Below, in pieces: positions 16,935-26,274 of a stretch of DNA of 64,000 nucleotides. Location: positions 32,665 through 96,664 of the forward strand of contig DATHCP010000087.1 of assembly GCA_035490535.1 (NCBI GenBank). Direction: 5' to 3'. The notes beneath the pieces were generated by a model, which ran no database searches, had not been told where the DNA came from, and worked only from the letters and a program-made list of their open reading frames with translations. A program made the translations under genes and the position numbers. Numbering within the stretch: the first letter of the stretch is position 1; each line of letters starts with the position of its first letter. The stretch comes from Actinomycetota bacterium. GTDB taxonomy: Bacteria > Actinomycetota > UBA4738 > HRBIN12.

Positions 16935-18341
16935 ATGTCCCCAGATCGCCTCACGAGCCTCGACGCGAGCTTCCTCTACCTGGAGACGCCGGCGATGCAC
17001 ATGCACGTCGCGGGCGTGTCGGTCCTGGCACCGCGGCCCGATGGCCCGCTGTGCTACGAGGATGTCGTGCGCGTCGTTGAGGCCCGCCTGCACCTCGCGC
17101 CGCGGCTCCGCCAGCGGGTGCTCCCCGTGCCCGGGAACCTCGCGCGTCCGCTGTGGGTCGACGACGATCGGTTCGACCTCGACTTCCATCTGCGCCGCGC
17201 CGCGATCCCCAAGCCCGGCGGACGGCTCCAGCTCGAGCGCGCCGTCGGGCGAGTCCTGTCGAGGCCGCTCGACCGCTCCAAACCGCTATGGGAGCTCTAC
17301 GTCTACGAAGGCCTCGCCGAGGACCGGACCGCCGTGCTGCTGAAGCTCCACCACGCGCTCGCCGACGGGATCGGCGGCATGGTGATCGGCTCGGCGCTGT
17401 TCGACCTGCAGCCCGACGCGCCGGTCCATCCCCCGGCTGAAACGTGGGTGGCCGAGCCCACGCCGTCGCGGGAGGAGCTCGTCCGCGACGCCGTGGCCGA
17501 GATGACGTCGCACCCCCTCGAGACGATCGCCGACGCCGCGAGAGCGCCGCGCCGCGCGCTCGACGCGATCGGTCGCACGCTCTCGGGTATGGGATCGATC
17601 GTCGGGATGGGCGCCGCCCCTCGCGGCCCCTTCGACACGAAGATCGAGCCGGCGCGACGGTTCGCGACGGCGGAGGTCCCCTTCGAGCGGGTCCGCGGCA
17701 TCAAGCACGCGCTCGGCGGAACGGTGAACGACGTGGTCATCACGGCGGTCGCGATCGGCCTGCATCAGCTCCTGGTGTCGCGAGCTGAGTCGACGAAAGG
17801 GCGCTCGCTCCGCGTGATGGTGCCGGTTTCGGTCCGTTCGCGGGCAGAGGCGGGCGAGGTCGGCAACCGGGTCGCGCCGGCGTTCGTCGAGATCCCGGTC
17901 GGCCGGATGACGCCGCGGTCACGCCTGGCGAAGGTCCGGGCGGCCACGGAAGAGCTGAAGTCCGGATCGATGGCGGTGTCGGCGGACGCGATCATCAGCC
18001 TGGGCGCCTACGCGCCGCCGGCGCTGCACGCCGCGGCGGCGCGGCTCGTCTCGCGAGGGCGCTGGTTCAACCTGGTGGTCTCCAACGTTCCTGCACCGCA
18101 GGTTCCCCTCTACCTCGGCGGCGCCCGCCTGGTGGCGAGCTATCCGGCGATGCCCCTCGGGGAGACCTGCGGACTCTCGGTCGCGTGCACGTCGCTCGGC
18201 GGCACGATGGCGTTCGGGCTGACGGCCGACTGGGACATCCTGAAGGACATCGACGTCTTGGCGCGGGGGATCGAGCGAGGCTTCGACGATCTCGAGGCGG
18301 CCGCGGCCGGCCGCGCCGGCGCGCGCGCGAACGCCGGCTGA
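16935..18341 (+). CDS. wax ester synthase / diacylglycerol acyltransferase (WS/DGAT)
   Basis: Catalytic HHxxxDG motif (HHALADG). N-terminus MSPDRLTSLDASFLYLETPAMHMHV and overall length are typical of the family. Confidence 0.85.
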   Translation: MSPDRLTSLDASFLYLETPAMHMHVAGVSVLAPRPDGPLCYEDVVRVVEARLHLAPRLRQRVLPVPGNLARPLWVDDDRFDLDFHLRRAAIPKPGGRLQLERAVGRVLSRPLDRSKPLWELYVYEGLAEDRTAVLLKLHHALADGIGGMVIGSALFDLQPDAPVHPPAETWVAEPTPSREELVRDAVAEMTSHPLETIADAARAPRRALDAIGRTLSGMGSIVGMGAAPRGPFDTKIEPARRFATAEVPFERVRGIKHALGGTVNDVVITAVAIGLHQLLVSRAESTKGRSLRVMVPVSVRSRAEAGEVGNRVAPAFVEIPVGRMTPRSRLAKVRAATEELKSGSMAVSADAIISLGAYAPPALHAAAARLVSRGRWFNLVVSNVPAPQVPLYLGGARLVASYPAMPLGETCGLSVACTSLGGTMAFGLTADWDILKDIDVLARGIERGFDDLEAAAAGRAGARANAG

Positions 18342-18342
18342 G

Positions 18343-19233
18343 CTACCGGATCTCCGCCGCGGCCCACTCCGCAACCTCGGCGAGCCAGCGGTCGGGCGCT
18401 TCCATGTGCGGGATGTGCCCCACGCGCGGCAGGATCCGCCCTCGCCACGACGGATGCGCCGCGAGGGCGGCCTCGGCGAACGCGGCCGGAACGAACCGGT
18501 CTTGCCGCCCGTGGATCACGAGGACCGGGCACCGGGCCGCGTCCATCACCGATCGCCCGATCGACGGATCGCGAACGTAGCGGACGATCGAGCGCGCGGC
18601 CTCGACGAAGGACGCCGGCAGATCGGGATCGTCGTGGGTCTCGCGGAGCAGGTCGACCTGCAGCCGGACGACGTCGGGCGGCACCCGACCGGGATCGACG
18701 GTCAGCAGCTTCAGTCCGATCGCCACGACGGCCTCCGGATCGACCGCGCGGCGACGCCCCGCGACCACGCGCTCGCCGAGCCAGCGGTTGTCGTACAGGG
18801 CGAACGTGCCGAGCACGAAGGGATGCGGCCGCCCGCCACGGGCCCACGGATAGACCGACGACGTCGCGATCAACCCCCGGACCCGGTCGGGTTCCACGGC
18901 GGCCTCGAGGAAGCCGATGGCGCCGCCCATCGAGTTGCCGGCAAGGACCGAGGGTCCGGCACCGACCGCGTCCAGGAACCGTGACAGCGCGGCCCGCGAG
19001 TCCATCAGGCGGGTCCCTCGCTCGCCTCGCGGCGAGCGGCCGAACCCGGGGAGATCCGGAGCGAGCACCCGTCCGAGGCCGGCCAGCGCCGGCGCTACCT
19101 CGACCCAGTTCAGGTGGGACCCGCCCAGCCCGTGCAGGAGCACGAACGTGCCCTGGGCTGGGCCGGGCCATTCGCGGTACGACACCGGACTGCCGATGTC
19201 CGCGATCTGCAGCGGCGGAAGCTCCGTCGGCAT
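18343..19233 (-). CDS. alpha/beta hydrolase
   Basis: FVLLHGLGGS oxyanion region, GNSMGG nucleophile elbow and a C-terminal His region (VGHIPHMEAP). Confidence 0.8.
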   Translation of the reverse strand: MPTELPPLQIADIGSPVSYREWPGPAQGTFVLLHGLGGSHLNWVEVAPALAGLGRVLAPDLPGFGRSPRGERGTRLMDSRAALSRFLDAVGAGPSVLAGNSMGGAIGFLEAAVEPDRVRGLIATSSVYPWARGGRPHPFVLGTFALYDNRWLGERVVAGRRRAVDPEAVVAIGLKLLTVDPGRVPPDVVRLQVDLLRETHDDPDLPASFVEAARSIVRYVRDPSIGRSVMDAARCPVLVIHGRQDRFVPAAFAEAALAAHPSWRGRILPRVGHIPHMEAPDRWLAEVAEWAAAEIR

Positions 19234-19436
19234 GTGGGGAGCGTAGCCGGGGCCGGCCGGAGGGGGCCTCCCTCGACTGGGTCTTGACCCGCGGTCATCT
19301 CCGGCATATCTCGAGGCCGTCGAACGTTGTACGGGACGATGGCGAAGGCTCTACGGGCGCGTGACCCGGGGTTCGCTCCGGCTTCACACGACCTCCACAC
19401 GGCCTCAGCTTTACAGAGAAGGAGGGACCGCCTACC

Positions 19437-19580
19437 ATGGCTCGCGAGCGGCGAAGGCGTTCCCGCACGTCATCCCAGTCAGGGCCGCTCGCACACGGAA
19501 CGACCCCGAGTTCCCGCGATCGCAACGCTGTGCCCTGCGGCGGAGCGGTCCCGGACAGGAGCGTGATACGAAGTGCCTGA
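19437..19580 (+). CDS. candidate upstream ORF (47 aa, Arg-rich) in the sigma-factor leader
   Basis: GAAGGAGGG (19418-19426) lies 10 nt upstream of ATG 19437. Stop TGA 19578-19580 overlaps the sigma-factor GTG 19573. The ORF is below the 60-aa cutoff of the ORF track. Third-position G/C is weaker than in real genes here. Confidence 0.2.
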   Translation: MARERRRRSRTSSQSGPLAHGTTPSSRDRNAVPCGGAVPDRSVIRSA

Positions 19581-20508
19581 GCCGGCGCGTCCCCTTGGGA
19601 CCGACGACGCTGACGACCTGCGCCTCTACCTCGAGGCGGCGGCCCGCGAGCCGCTGCTCACGAAGGAGGAAGAGGTGGAGCTCGCCATGACGATCGAGGG
19701 CGGCAAGGAGGCCGAGGAGCGCCTCCGTGCCGGCCGCCTCCGGTCCGAGAAGAGCATCGCGAAGGCGCGAGCCGACGTCCGCAAGGCGGAGGCGGCGCGC
19801 CAGCGATTCATCATGGCCAACCTCCGACTGGTGGTCTCCGTGGCCCGCAAGTACCAGGGCCAGGGGCTGCCGCTGCTCGACCTGATCCAGGAGGGGAACA
19901 TCGGCCTGATGCGCGCGGTCGAGCTGTTCGACTGGCGCCGCGGGTTCAAGTTCTCCACCTACGCGACGTGGTGGATCCGGCAAGGGATCACGCGGGCGAT
20001 CGCCGATCGCTCCAGGTCGATCCGTCTGCCGGTGCACATCCACGACCGTCTGCGCAAGCTGAACCGCACGCGGTTCCAGTTCGCGCAGTCGATGGGCCGC
20101 GAGCCGACCCGTGAAGAGCTCGCGAAGGCGCTCGACACGACGGTCGACGAGATCGACGACCTCACGGAGATGGGGCGCCGCGAGCCGCTGTCCCTGCAGT
20201 CCCCGGTCGGGGAGGACACGGAGCTCGGCGACCTGATCGAGGAGATCGACTCCGACGCCGCGTTCAACGAGGTCGAGGACCAGCTGCTCCGTGAGGAGAT
20301 CGGCGGCGCGGTGGACAAGGTGCTGGACGAGCGCGAGCGGCACGTGGTGGCGCTGCGCTACGGCCTGGAGAACGGACAGCCGCTGAGCCTGCGCGAGACC
20401 GGGAAGGTGCTCGGCCTTTCGGGCGAGCGCGTCCGGCTGATCGAGCGCGAGGCGCTGCGCAAGCTGCGCGACTCCAACCTGATCAACGCGGTGGCGCTCG
20501 GCGGCTGA
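19573..20508 (+). CDS. RNA polymerase sigma-70 factor, principal-like (group 1/2, SigA/SigB type)
   Basis: Region 2: [60 protein letters not shown]. Regions 3 and 4: [38 protein letters not shown]. There is no long region 1.1. Confidence 0.9.
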   Translation: MPEPARPLGTDDADDLRLYLEAAAREPLLTKEEEVELAMTIEGGKEAEERLRAGRLRSEKSIAKARADVRKAEAARQRFIMANLRLVVSVARKYQGQGLPLLDLIQEGNIGLMRAVELFDWRRGFKFSTYATWWIRQGITRAIADRSRSIRLPVHIHDRLRKLNRTRFQFAQSMGREPTREELAKALDTTVDEIDDLTEMGRREPLSLQSPVGEDTELGDLIEEIDSDAAFNEVEDQLLREEIGGAVDKVLDERERHVVALRYGLENGQPLSLRETGKVLGLSGERVRLIEREALRKLRDSNLINAVALGG

Positions 20509-20533
20509 GCCGCCGAGCACCGAAGGATCCCCC

Positions 20534-20562
20534 GGAAGGGCCGCCCGAAGGGCGGCCCTTCC
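20534..20562 (+). terminator. stem-loop terminator candidate after the sigma-factor gene
   Basis: Perfect 12-bp stem, GGAAGGGCCGCC (20534-20545) pairing with GGCGGCCCTTCC (20551-20562), with loop CGAAG. It sits 26 nt after the stop. There is no T-tract, which is common in high-GC actinobacterial terminators. Confidence 0.6.
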
Positions 20563-20643
20563 GCCTTCCTGCTGTCCGGGTGCGCCGCCACGGCGCGTCC
20601 GGGATACTGAGCCGGCCACCGATCTGAAGGAGCGGGTCTGCTG

Positions 20644-22593
20644 ATGCGCATGAAGCGCTCGCGCGCCTCGACATCGGCCGTCCTGCTCGTGCTCGGTGCG
20701 TTCGTGGCCGGGATCGGCGTGACGGCGGTCGACGGCGCCCCGGCATCCGGTGCCTCGGCGGGCGCCTTCGTCCGCGTGAACCAGGTCGGCTATCCCTCGA
20801 CGGACACGAAGCGGGCCTACCTGCTCGCGAGCGCTCCGGAAACCGGGGCGACCTTCGCCGTCCGCAACGGCACGACGGACGTGTTCGGGGCGCCGATCGG
20901 CGCCGATCAGGGCCGGTGGAGCCCGACCTTCCCCCACGTCTACGTCCTCGACTTCGACGGGGTCACGGCACCGGGCGTCTATACGATCGAGGTGACCGGT
21001 TCACAGACCGCCGTCTCCCCGCCCTTCCGGGTCGACGCGGCTCCCGCGGTCGATGCCGGCGTGGTCGCGAACGCGCTGGCGTTCTACCGGAACGAGCGCG
21101 ATGGGGTGGCCTCGCGCGGATCGCCGCTGCCCACGAAGGCCGGGCACCTGAACGATCGTTCGGCGATGACGTACGCCACGCCTCGGTACGACGCTGACAG
21201 CGGGGAGTACCGCGGCCGGCTCCGCGCGCTCGGCACGCGGATCGACGCGGCCGGCGGCTGGTGGGACGCCGGCGACTACCTGAAGTTCGTGGAGACCACG
21301 AGCTACACGGACGCGATCCTCCTGTCGGGGATCCGGGACTTCCCCGAGCAGATGGGCGCCGGTTCCGGATCGGACTTCACGCGGGTCGCACGGTTCGGAA
21401 CGAACTGGCTCCTGCGGATGTGGAACGACCGGACCCGCACGCTCTACTATCAGGTCGGGATCGGCGAGGGGAACGACACGACCGCGGGCGATCACGACAT
21501 CTGGCGGCTTCCGCAGGCGGACGACCGATACCACCCCCACGACCCGACCTTCCGTTTCATCCGTCACCGACCGGTCTTCCGGGCGGGACCTCCCGGGTCG
21601 CCGATCAGCCCGAACCTGGCCGGCCGGGACGCGGCGGCGTTCGCGGAGTGCTTCCAGGTGTTCGCCGGCAGCGATCGCGAGCTCGCGACCCGGTGCCTGC
21701 GAGCCGCCGAGCACATCTTCGACCTGGCCGATACGCACCCGCGCGGCCACGTGCTGACCGTGATCCCCTTCTCCTTCTATCCGGAGCAGGAGTGGCGCGA
21801 CGATCTGGAGTGGGGCGCGACCGAGCTCGCGCTCGCCCTGGACGCCGGCGAGCTGCCGCGCGGCCTTCCGCACTCCAGCCCTCGGTATTACCTGCGGCGC
21901 GCCGCTCGGTGGGCCGCCGCCTACATCGCCGGCCCGAACGATGGCGCCGATCCGCTGAACCTCTACGACGTCGCCGGCATCGCCCACCCCGATCTGATCC
22001 GAGCGATCGCCCGGGCGGGTCACCCCGCCGGGCTCGCCGTGTCGCGGGCGGAGCTCCTGGCCGACATGCGGAGGGTTCTGGACGCGGCGAGGCGGCTCGG
22101 GATGGCCGATCCGTTCGGCTTCGGGTCCCCGTGGAACGAATGGGATACGACCTCGCACGGTGCCGGGCTCTCGGTGATGGCGAGCGAGTACGACGAGCTG
22201 TCCGGGACGTCGCGCTACGCCGTGAACGCGGACCGCTGGCTGGGGAACATCCTGGGGGCCAACGCGTGGGGCCTGTCCTTGATCGTCGGCGATGGCTCGG
22301 TGTTCCCACGCTGCCTCCAACACCAGGTGGCGAACATCGAAGGTTCGCTCGATGGTACCGGCGCGGTGCTGGCCGGCGCGGCCGTCGAGGGCCCGAACGC
22401 GGAGCCGGTGGGCGGTTTCGTGGACGGGATGCGGCGCTGCCCGATGCACGGCGTCGATCGGTTCGCGCCGTTCAACGGCAGCGGCGCACAGTTCCGTGAC
22501 AACGTCCAGTCCTACGACAACACGGAGCCGGCGATCGACCTGACCGCGACGTCGCCGCTCGCGTTCGCGCGGCAGGCCGCCGGGGTCAGGTGA
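20644..22593 (+). CDS. secreted glycoside hydrolase family 9 (endoglucanase) with N-terminal Ig-like domain
   Basis: Signal peptide MRMKRSRASTSAVLLVLGAFVAG. GH9 signature GGWWDAGDYLKF. GAAGGAG lies upstream of ATG 20644. Confidence 0.85.
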   Translation: MRMKRSRASTSAVLLVLGAFVAGIGVTAVDGAPASGASAGAFVRVNQVGYPSTDTKRAYLLASAPETGATFAVRNGTTDVFGAPIGADQGRWSPTFPHVYVLDFDGVTAPGVYTIEVTGSQTAVSPPFRVDAAPAVDAGVVANALAFYRNERDGVASRGSPLPTKAGHLNDRSAMTYATPRYDADSGEYRGRLRALGTRIDAAGGWWDAGDYLKFVETTSYTDAILLSGIRDFPEQMGAGSGSDFTRVARFGTNWLLRMWNDRTRTLYYQVGIGEGNDTTAGDHDIWRLPQADDRYHPHDPTFRFIRHRPVFRAGPPGSPISPNLAGRDAAAFAECFQVFAGSDRELATRCLRAAEHIFDLADTHPRGHVLTVIPFSFYPEQEWRDDLEWGATELALALDAGELPRGLPHSSPRYYLRRAARWAAAYIAGPNDGADPLNLYDVAGIAHPDLIRAIARAGHPAGLAVSRAELLADMRRVLDAARRLGMADPFGFGSPWNEWDTTSHGAGLSVMASEYDELSGTSRYAVNADRWLGNILGANAWGLSLIVGDGSVFPRCLQHQVANIEGSLDGTGAVLAGAAVEGPNAEPVGGFVDGMRRCPMHGVDRFAPFNGSGAQFRDNVQSYDNTEPAIDLTATSPLAFARQAAGVR

Positions 22594-23110
22594 CGACGGA
22601 CGCGGTGCCCCGACGGACGAGCGTCACCACGCCGACCGCGAGCAGAGCGAGGACCCCCGCGGCGGCGAGCGCGACCAGCCACGCGGTCGGCGTGATCCGT
22701 TCGGCGGTCTGACCGCCCTCCGAGGGCACGCGCAGGCCGGGCCTGGTGCCGCCCACCTCGATCGCCGTCACGCGCGCGCCGGAGCCGCCGGCCGCGACCG
22801 TCGCGATACCGGTCGTCGCCGTCCCGTCGTCGTCGACCACCCGGAACGGCACCAGGCTCGCCCCGGGCGTCCGCGGATCGGCGGCGGCGCGGCCGACCTC
22901 GACCGTGTCCAGGCGGCCGGGGTCCAGCGTGGCCCAGCCGGGCACGATCTCCTGCGACAAGGCGTCGGGGGCGTAACGGTCCGGCCGGCCGGCGGCTCCT
23001 TGGTTCAGCGAGAGCAGCCATCGCTCGACGATGCCCTCGGGGCGGTCCTGCCGGGCGCAGGCCGGGAGCAGCGCGACCAAGACGACGCCGAGCAGCAGCA
23101 GCCGTCTCAC
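22586..23110 (-). CDS. hypothetical lipoprotein with C-terminal TM anchor
   Basis: GTG 23110 is in a GTGA overlap with the MFS stop. VRRLLLLGVVLVALLPA|C lipobox. C-terminal span WLVALAAAGVLALLAVGVV. It overlaps the GH9 3' end by 8 nt (convergent). Confidence 0.5.
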   Translation of the reverse strand: MRRLLLLGVVLVALLPACARQDRPEGIVERWLLSLNQGAAGRPDRYAPDALSQEIVPGWATLDPGRLDTVEVGRAAADPRTPGASLVPFRVVDDDGTATTGIATVAAGGSGARVTAIEVGGTRPGLRVPSEGGQTAERITPTAWLVALAAAGVLALLAVGVVTLVRRGTASVVT

Positions 23111-24378
23111 GTCGCCACGATCGCCTCGTCCATCGCGACCATGTCCTCCGCGTTCGTCTCCGGCACGAAGAACCAGCAGACCACCATCGCGGCCGGCAAC
23201 ATCGCCACCGTGACCAGGGCCATCGCGTCGCCGATCGAGCCGACCGGCCCCGTGACGTGGTCGCCGAGCAGGCCCACCGTGAGCGCCCCCAAGACGCCGC
23301 CCGGGATCTCGAACGCGTTGCGACACCAGGCCGCCGCGCGCGAGCGCACGTAGGTCGGGAACGGCTCCGTGGCGAACGCGGACGTCATCGCGACCGAGCC
23401 GAGGCCGAAGAAGATCCCCGTGCAGAGGATCGGGAGCATCACGCGCGGCGTGTGCACCTGGAAGGTCAGCGTGCCGAACACGAGTGCACCGGCCAGGTAG
23501 ATCTCGAACATCGGCTTGCGGCCGAACCGGTCCATCATCCGTCCGGCCACGAGGAATCCGAGCGCACCGACCAGGCCGGCCACCGCCAGGAACAGCCCCG
23601 ATGTCGACACGCTCATGCCGACCTCCTGTTGTGCGTAGTAGGCCCACCAGAAGGCGCCCGCGGAGACCACGAAGTACCGGAAGAACGTCACCAGTCCCAC
23701 CGCGACGACGACGGTGCGGAACGCCGGGCGCCAGGGCTCGAACAGCGACGCGTGATCCAGGTGCGCGCTGCGCTCGTCGCTGCGCACGGCCTCGTAGCGC
23801 TCGGTCTCGAGCATCGACCGACGGCCCCAGGCGATCAGGATCAGCGGGAGCAACCCGACCACGAAGAACCCGCGCCATCCGAGGGGCGTGTCCTGCAACC
23901 CGACGAACGCGAGCACGCCGACGAAGATCCCGCCGAGCGTGTTCATCGAGGTCACGATGCCGAGCGCCTTCCCGCGGTGGGTCCGTGGGAACTCCTCGAC
24001 GACGATCGTGATCGCGACCGCCCACTCGGCGCCGAGGAACACCTGCGCCGCGAACTGCGCGCCGGTCAGCCACAGCAGGCCCGGAGAGAGTGCGGTCAGG
24101 GCGGCCGCGATCGTGTAGCCGACGATCGTGATGAGCAACAGTCGCCTGCGGCCGATGCGATCGGCCTGGGCGGCCAGCGCGAAGGCTGCAACCGCGCCGA
24201 GCGATGTGATCGCACGGATCCATCCCGCGTCGGCCTCGCTGCCGCCCAGATCGCCGAGGACGAGCGCCAGCACGAAGGCCAGCACGAAGTTGTCGTACCC
24301 CTCGAAGAAGGTCGCGGACGACAGCAACACCAGGAGCCGGCGCCGGTATCGGGCGCCGCGATCCGGGATCGCACTCAC
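23107..24378 (-). CDS. MFS transporter, metabolite:H+ symporter (MHS)-like
   Basis: GTG 24378 is in a GTGA overlap with the acyltransferase stop. Motifs FFEGYDNFVL, ADRIGRRR and EEFPRTHRGKALG. About 12 TM spans. Confidence 0.85.
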   Translation of the reverse strand: MSAIPDRGARYRRRLLVLLSSATFFEGYDNFVLAFVLALVLGDLGGSEADAGWIRAITSLGAVAAFALAAQADRIGRRRLLLITIVGYTIAAALTALSPGLLWLTGAQFAAQVFLGAEWAVAITIVVEEFPRTHRGKALGIVTSMNTLGGIFVGVLAFVGLQDTPLGWRGFFVVGLLPLILIAWGRRSMLETERYEAVRSDERSAHLDHASLFEPWRPAFRTVVVAVGLVTFFRYFVVSAGAFWWAYYAQQEVGMSVSTSGLFLAVAGLVGALGFLVAGRMMDRFGRKPMFEIYLAGALVFGTLTFQVHTPRVMLPILCTGIFFGLGSVAMTSAFATEPFPTYVRSRAAAWCRNAFEIPGGVLGALTVGLLGDHVTGPVGSIGDAMALVTVAMLPAAMVVCWFFVPETNAEDMVAMDEAIVAT

Positions 24379-25043
24379 GCCGGTTGGCCCGCCAGACGCA
24401 TCGCCTCGGCAACCTGCGCATCGAGGAGGTCTCGGATCCGCGCGACGAACGCATCGAGATCGTCCCCACCCTCGCCGCCGACCGGCAGGACCGGCGCCCC
24501 GTACACGATCGCCAGGCGGGGCCGCAGCGGCCGCGACCAGGTGAGGCCCGAGCGCGGCCAGCGGCGGTTCGTCCCCCAGATGCCCACGGGCACGACCGGC
24601 GCGCCGGTGGGCAGGGCGATCCGGGCGATCCCGGACCGGATCCGCAAGAGCTCCGGCGGGTCCGGGTTCACGGTGCCCTCCGGCGCGATCGCCAGCAGGC
24701 GGCCGTCCTTCAACGCCGCGAAGGCATGCTCCAGCGCGTCGGCGTCGCCCTCGCCCCGGCGGATCTTTATCTGATCGAAGCGCCGCAGGATCCAGCCGAA
24801 GAACGGCTTGGCGAAGAACTCGGAGGCGACCACGAAGCGGGTCTCGCGTCGCGTCCGTCGGCTCGTCTCGATCGCGAGCACGGGTCCGTCGAACGTGCTG
24901 ACGTGGTTGAACACCAGGATCGCCGGGCCGGTCGCCGGGACGTGCTCCACGCCCGTGATCCGCGGACGGAACAGCAGACGAACGAGCGGCGCGACGACGA
25001 CCAGTCCGATGCGCCACCAGCGGTTCAGCTCACCCGCGGCCAT
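24375..25043 (-). CDS. 1-acyl-sn-glycerol-3-phosphate acyltransferase family (PlsC-like)
   Basis: HxxxxD motif NHVSTFD and the APEGT motif, with an N-terminal hydrophobic anchor. Confidence 0.85.
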   Translation of the reverse strand: MAAGELNRWWRIGLVVVAPLVRLLFRPRITGVEHVPATGPAILVFNHVSTFDGPVLAIETSRRTRRETRFVVASEFFAKPFFGWILRRFDQIKIRRGEGDADALEHAFAALKDGRLLAIAPEGTVNPDPPELLRIRSGIARIALPTGAPVVPVGIWGTNRRWPRSGLTWSRPLRPRLAIVYGAPVLPVGGEGGDDLDAFVARIRDLLDAQVAEAMRLAGQPA

Positions 25044-25100
25044 CGGGCGGATGCTACCGGGGCCGGCGCCGCCGCGTGGTTCGGGCCGCTCGGCGCGTGC

Positions 25101-25106
25101 TAGCGT
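25101..25106 (+). promoter_or_regulatory. candidate -10 box (TAGCGT) for a leaderless transcript
   Basis: Fits TANNNT and ends 7 nt before ATG 25114. No SD sequence. Confidence 0.45.
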
Positions 25107-25113
25107 CGCGCGG

Positions 25114-26274
25114 ATGGACGCCCGGGCGCTGGAGCAGCATGCGGCCGCGCGCTCCGGCGAGTACCTCGAGGCGCTTGAGGCGATGGTGAACGTCGACTGC
25201 GGTTCCTACTCGCCCGAGGGCGTGGGTCGGATCGCGGATCTGTGCGAAGGCTTCTTCCTGGGGAACGGCTGGGACGTCGAACGCCGTGGGCACCGGCCGC
25301 TCGACGGCGATCCGCAGCTCGGCGATCTACTGGTCGCCACGCTCAGCGGCGCGGGTGGCGCGCGGATCCTCCTGCTCGGCCACATGGACACGGTCTTCGA
25401 CGACGGGACGGCCGCGGCGCGCCCGTTCCACATCGACGGGAACCGCGCACTCGGCCCCGGCGTGAGCGACATGAAGGGCGGGCTGCTCGGTGGTCTGTAC
25501 GCAACGCGGGCGCTGCAGGACGCTGGGCTCGACGCGTTCGACCGGATCACGTTCGTGTGCAATCCGGACGAGGAGATCGGCTCACCGTTCTCCGGTCCGA
25601 TGATCGGGGAGCTGGCGGGTCGGCATGACGTTGCGTTCGTCTTGGAGTGCGCCCGCTCCACCGGCGCGATCGTCTCCGCCCGCAAGGGTGTGACCGACTA
25701 CGTGATCCGGATCCGCGGGCGGGCGGCGCACGCCGGCGTCGAGCCGAGCCGGGGCCGCAGCGCCGTCCTCGAGGCGGCCCACAAGGCGATCGCGATCTCA
25801 GCGCTCGCCGGACGGTGGCCGGGCGTGACGTGCAACGTCGGGGTCCTGCGCGGGGGAACGCGGCCGAACGTCGTGCCGGAGGACGCCGTGCTCGAGGTGG
25901 ACCTTCGCTCGCCAGAGCTCGCGACCCTCGAGGAGGCCGAGGCCGAGGTCGAGCGGATCTGCCGTGAGCACACGATCCCCGACATCGAGGTCGAGCTGCG
26001 CCACGACGGGTGGCACCGCCCGATGGAGAAGACCCCGGCCTCGCAACGGCTCGTGGATCTGGCGGTCGAGGTGGCCGGCGAGCTCGGGTTCGGGGTGGAG
26101 GACGTCGCGACCGGCGGCGCCTCGGACGGGAACACCACGAGCGCCGCCGGTTGCCCGACGCTCGACGGCCTGGGCCCGATCGGCGGCGGCGCCCACGCGG
26201 CCGACGAGTGGCTCGATCTGTCCAGCGTGGTGCCGCGGGTGGCGATGCTCGCGGGGATCATCGCCCGGCTGTGA
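25114..26274 (+). CDS. M20 family metallopeptidase (glutamate carboxypeptidase-like)
   Basis: LLLGHMDTVF, GPGVSDMKGGL and NPDEEIGSPFS metal/catalytic motifs. Start ATG 25114; the upstream part of listed ORF 24808.. is antisense shadow. Confidence 0.85.
   Translation: MDARALEQHAAARSGEYLEALEAMVNVDCGSYSPEGVGRIADLCEGFFLGNGWDVERRGHRPLDGDPQLGDLLVATLSGAGGARILLLGHMDTVFDDGTAAARPFHIDGNRALGPGVSDMKGGLLGGLYATRALQDAGLDAFDRITFVCNPDEEIGSPFSGPMIGELAGRHDVAFVLECARSTGAIVSARKGVTDYVIRIRGRAAHAGVEPSRGRSAVLEAAHKAIAISALAGRWPGVTCNVGVLRGGTRPNVVPEDAVLEVDLRSPELATLEEAEAEVERICREHTIPDIEVELRHDGWHRPMEKTPASQRLVDLAVEVAGELGFGVEDVATGGASDGNTTSAAGCPTLDGLGPIGGGAHAADEWLDLSSVVPRVAMLAGIIARL

Noticed and set aside
19327-19690. Listed ORFs 19327..19566 and 19361..19690 in the sigma-factor leader.
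   Set aside because: They have no ribosome-binding site, mutually overlapping frames, low-complexity translations and weak third-position G/C bias. Only the shorter SD-preceded frame at 19437 was retained, as a low-confidence candidate.
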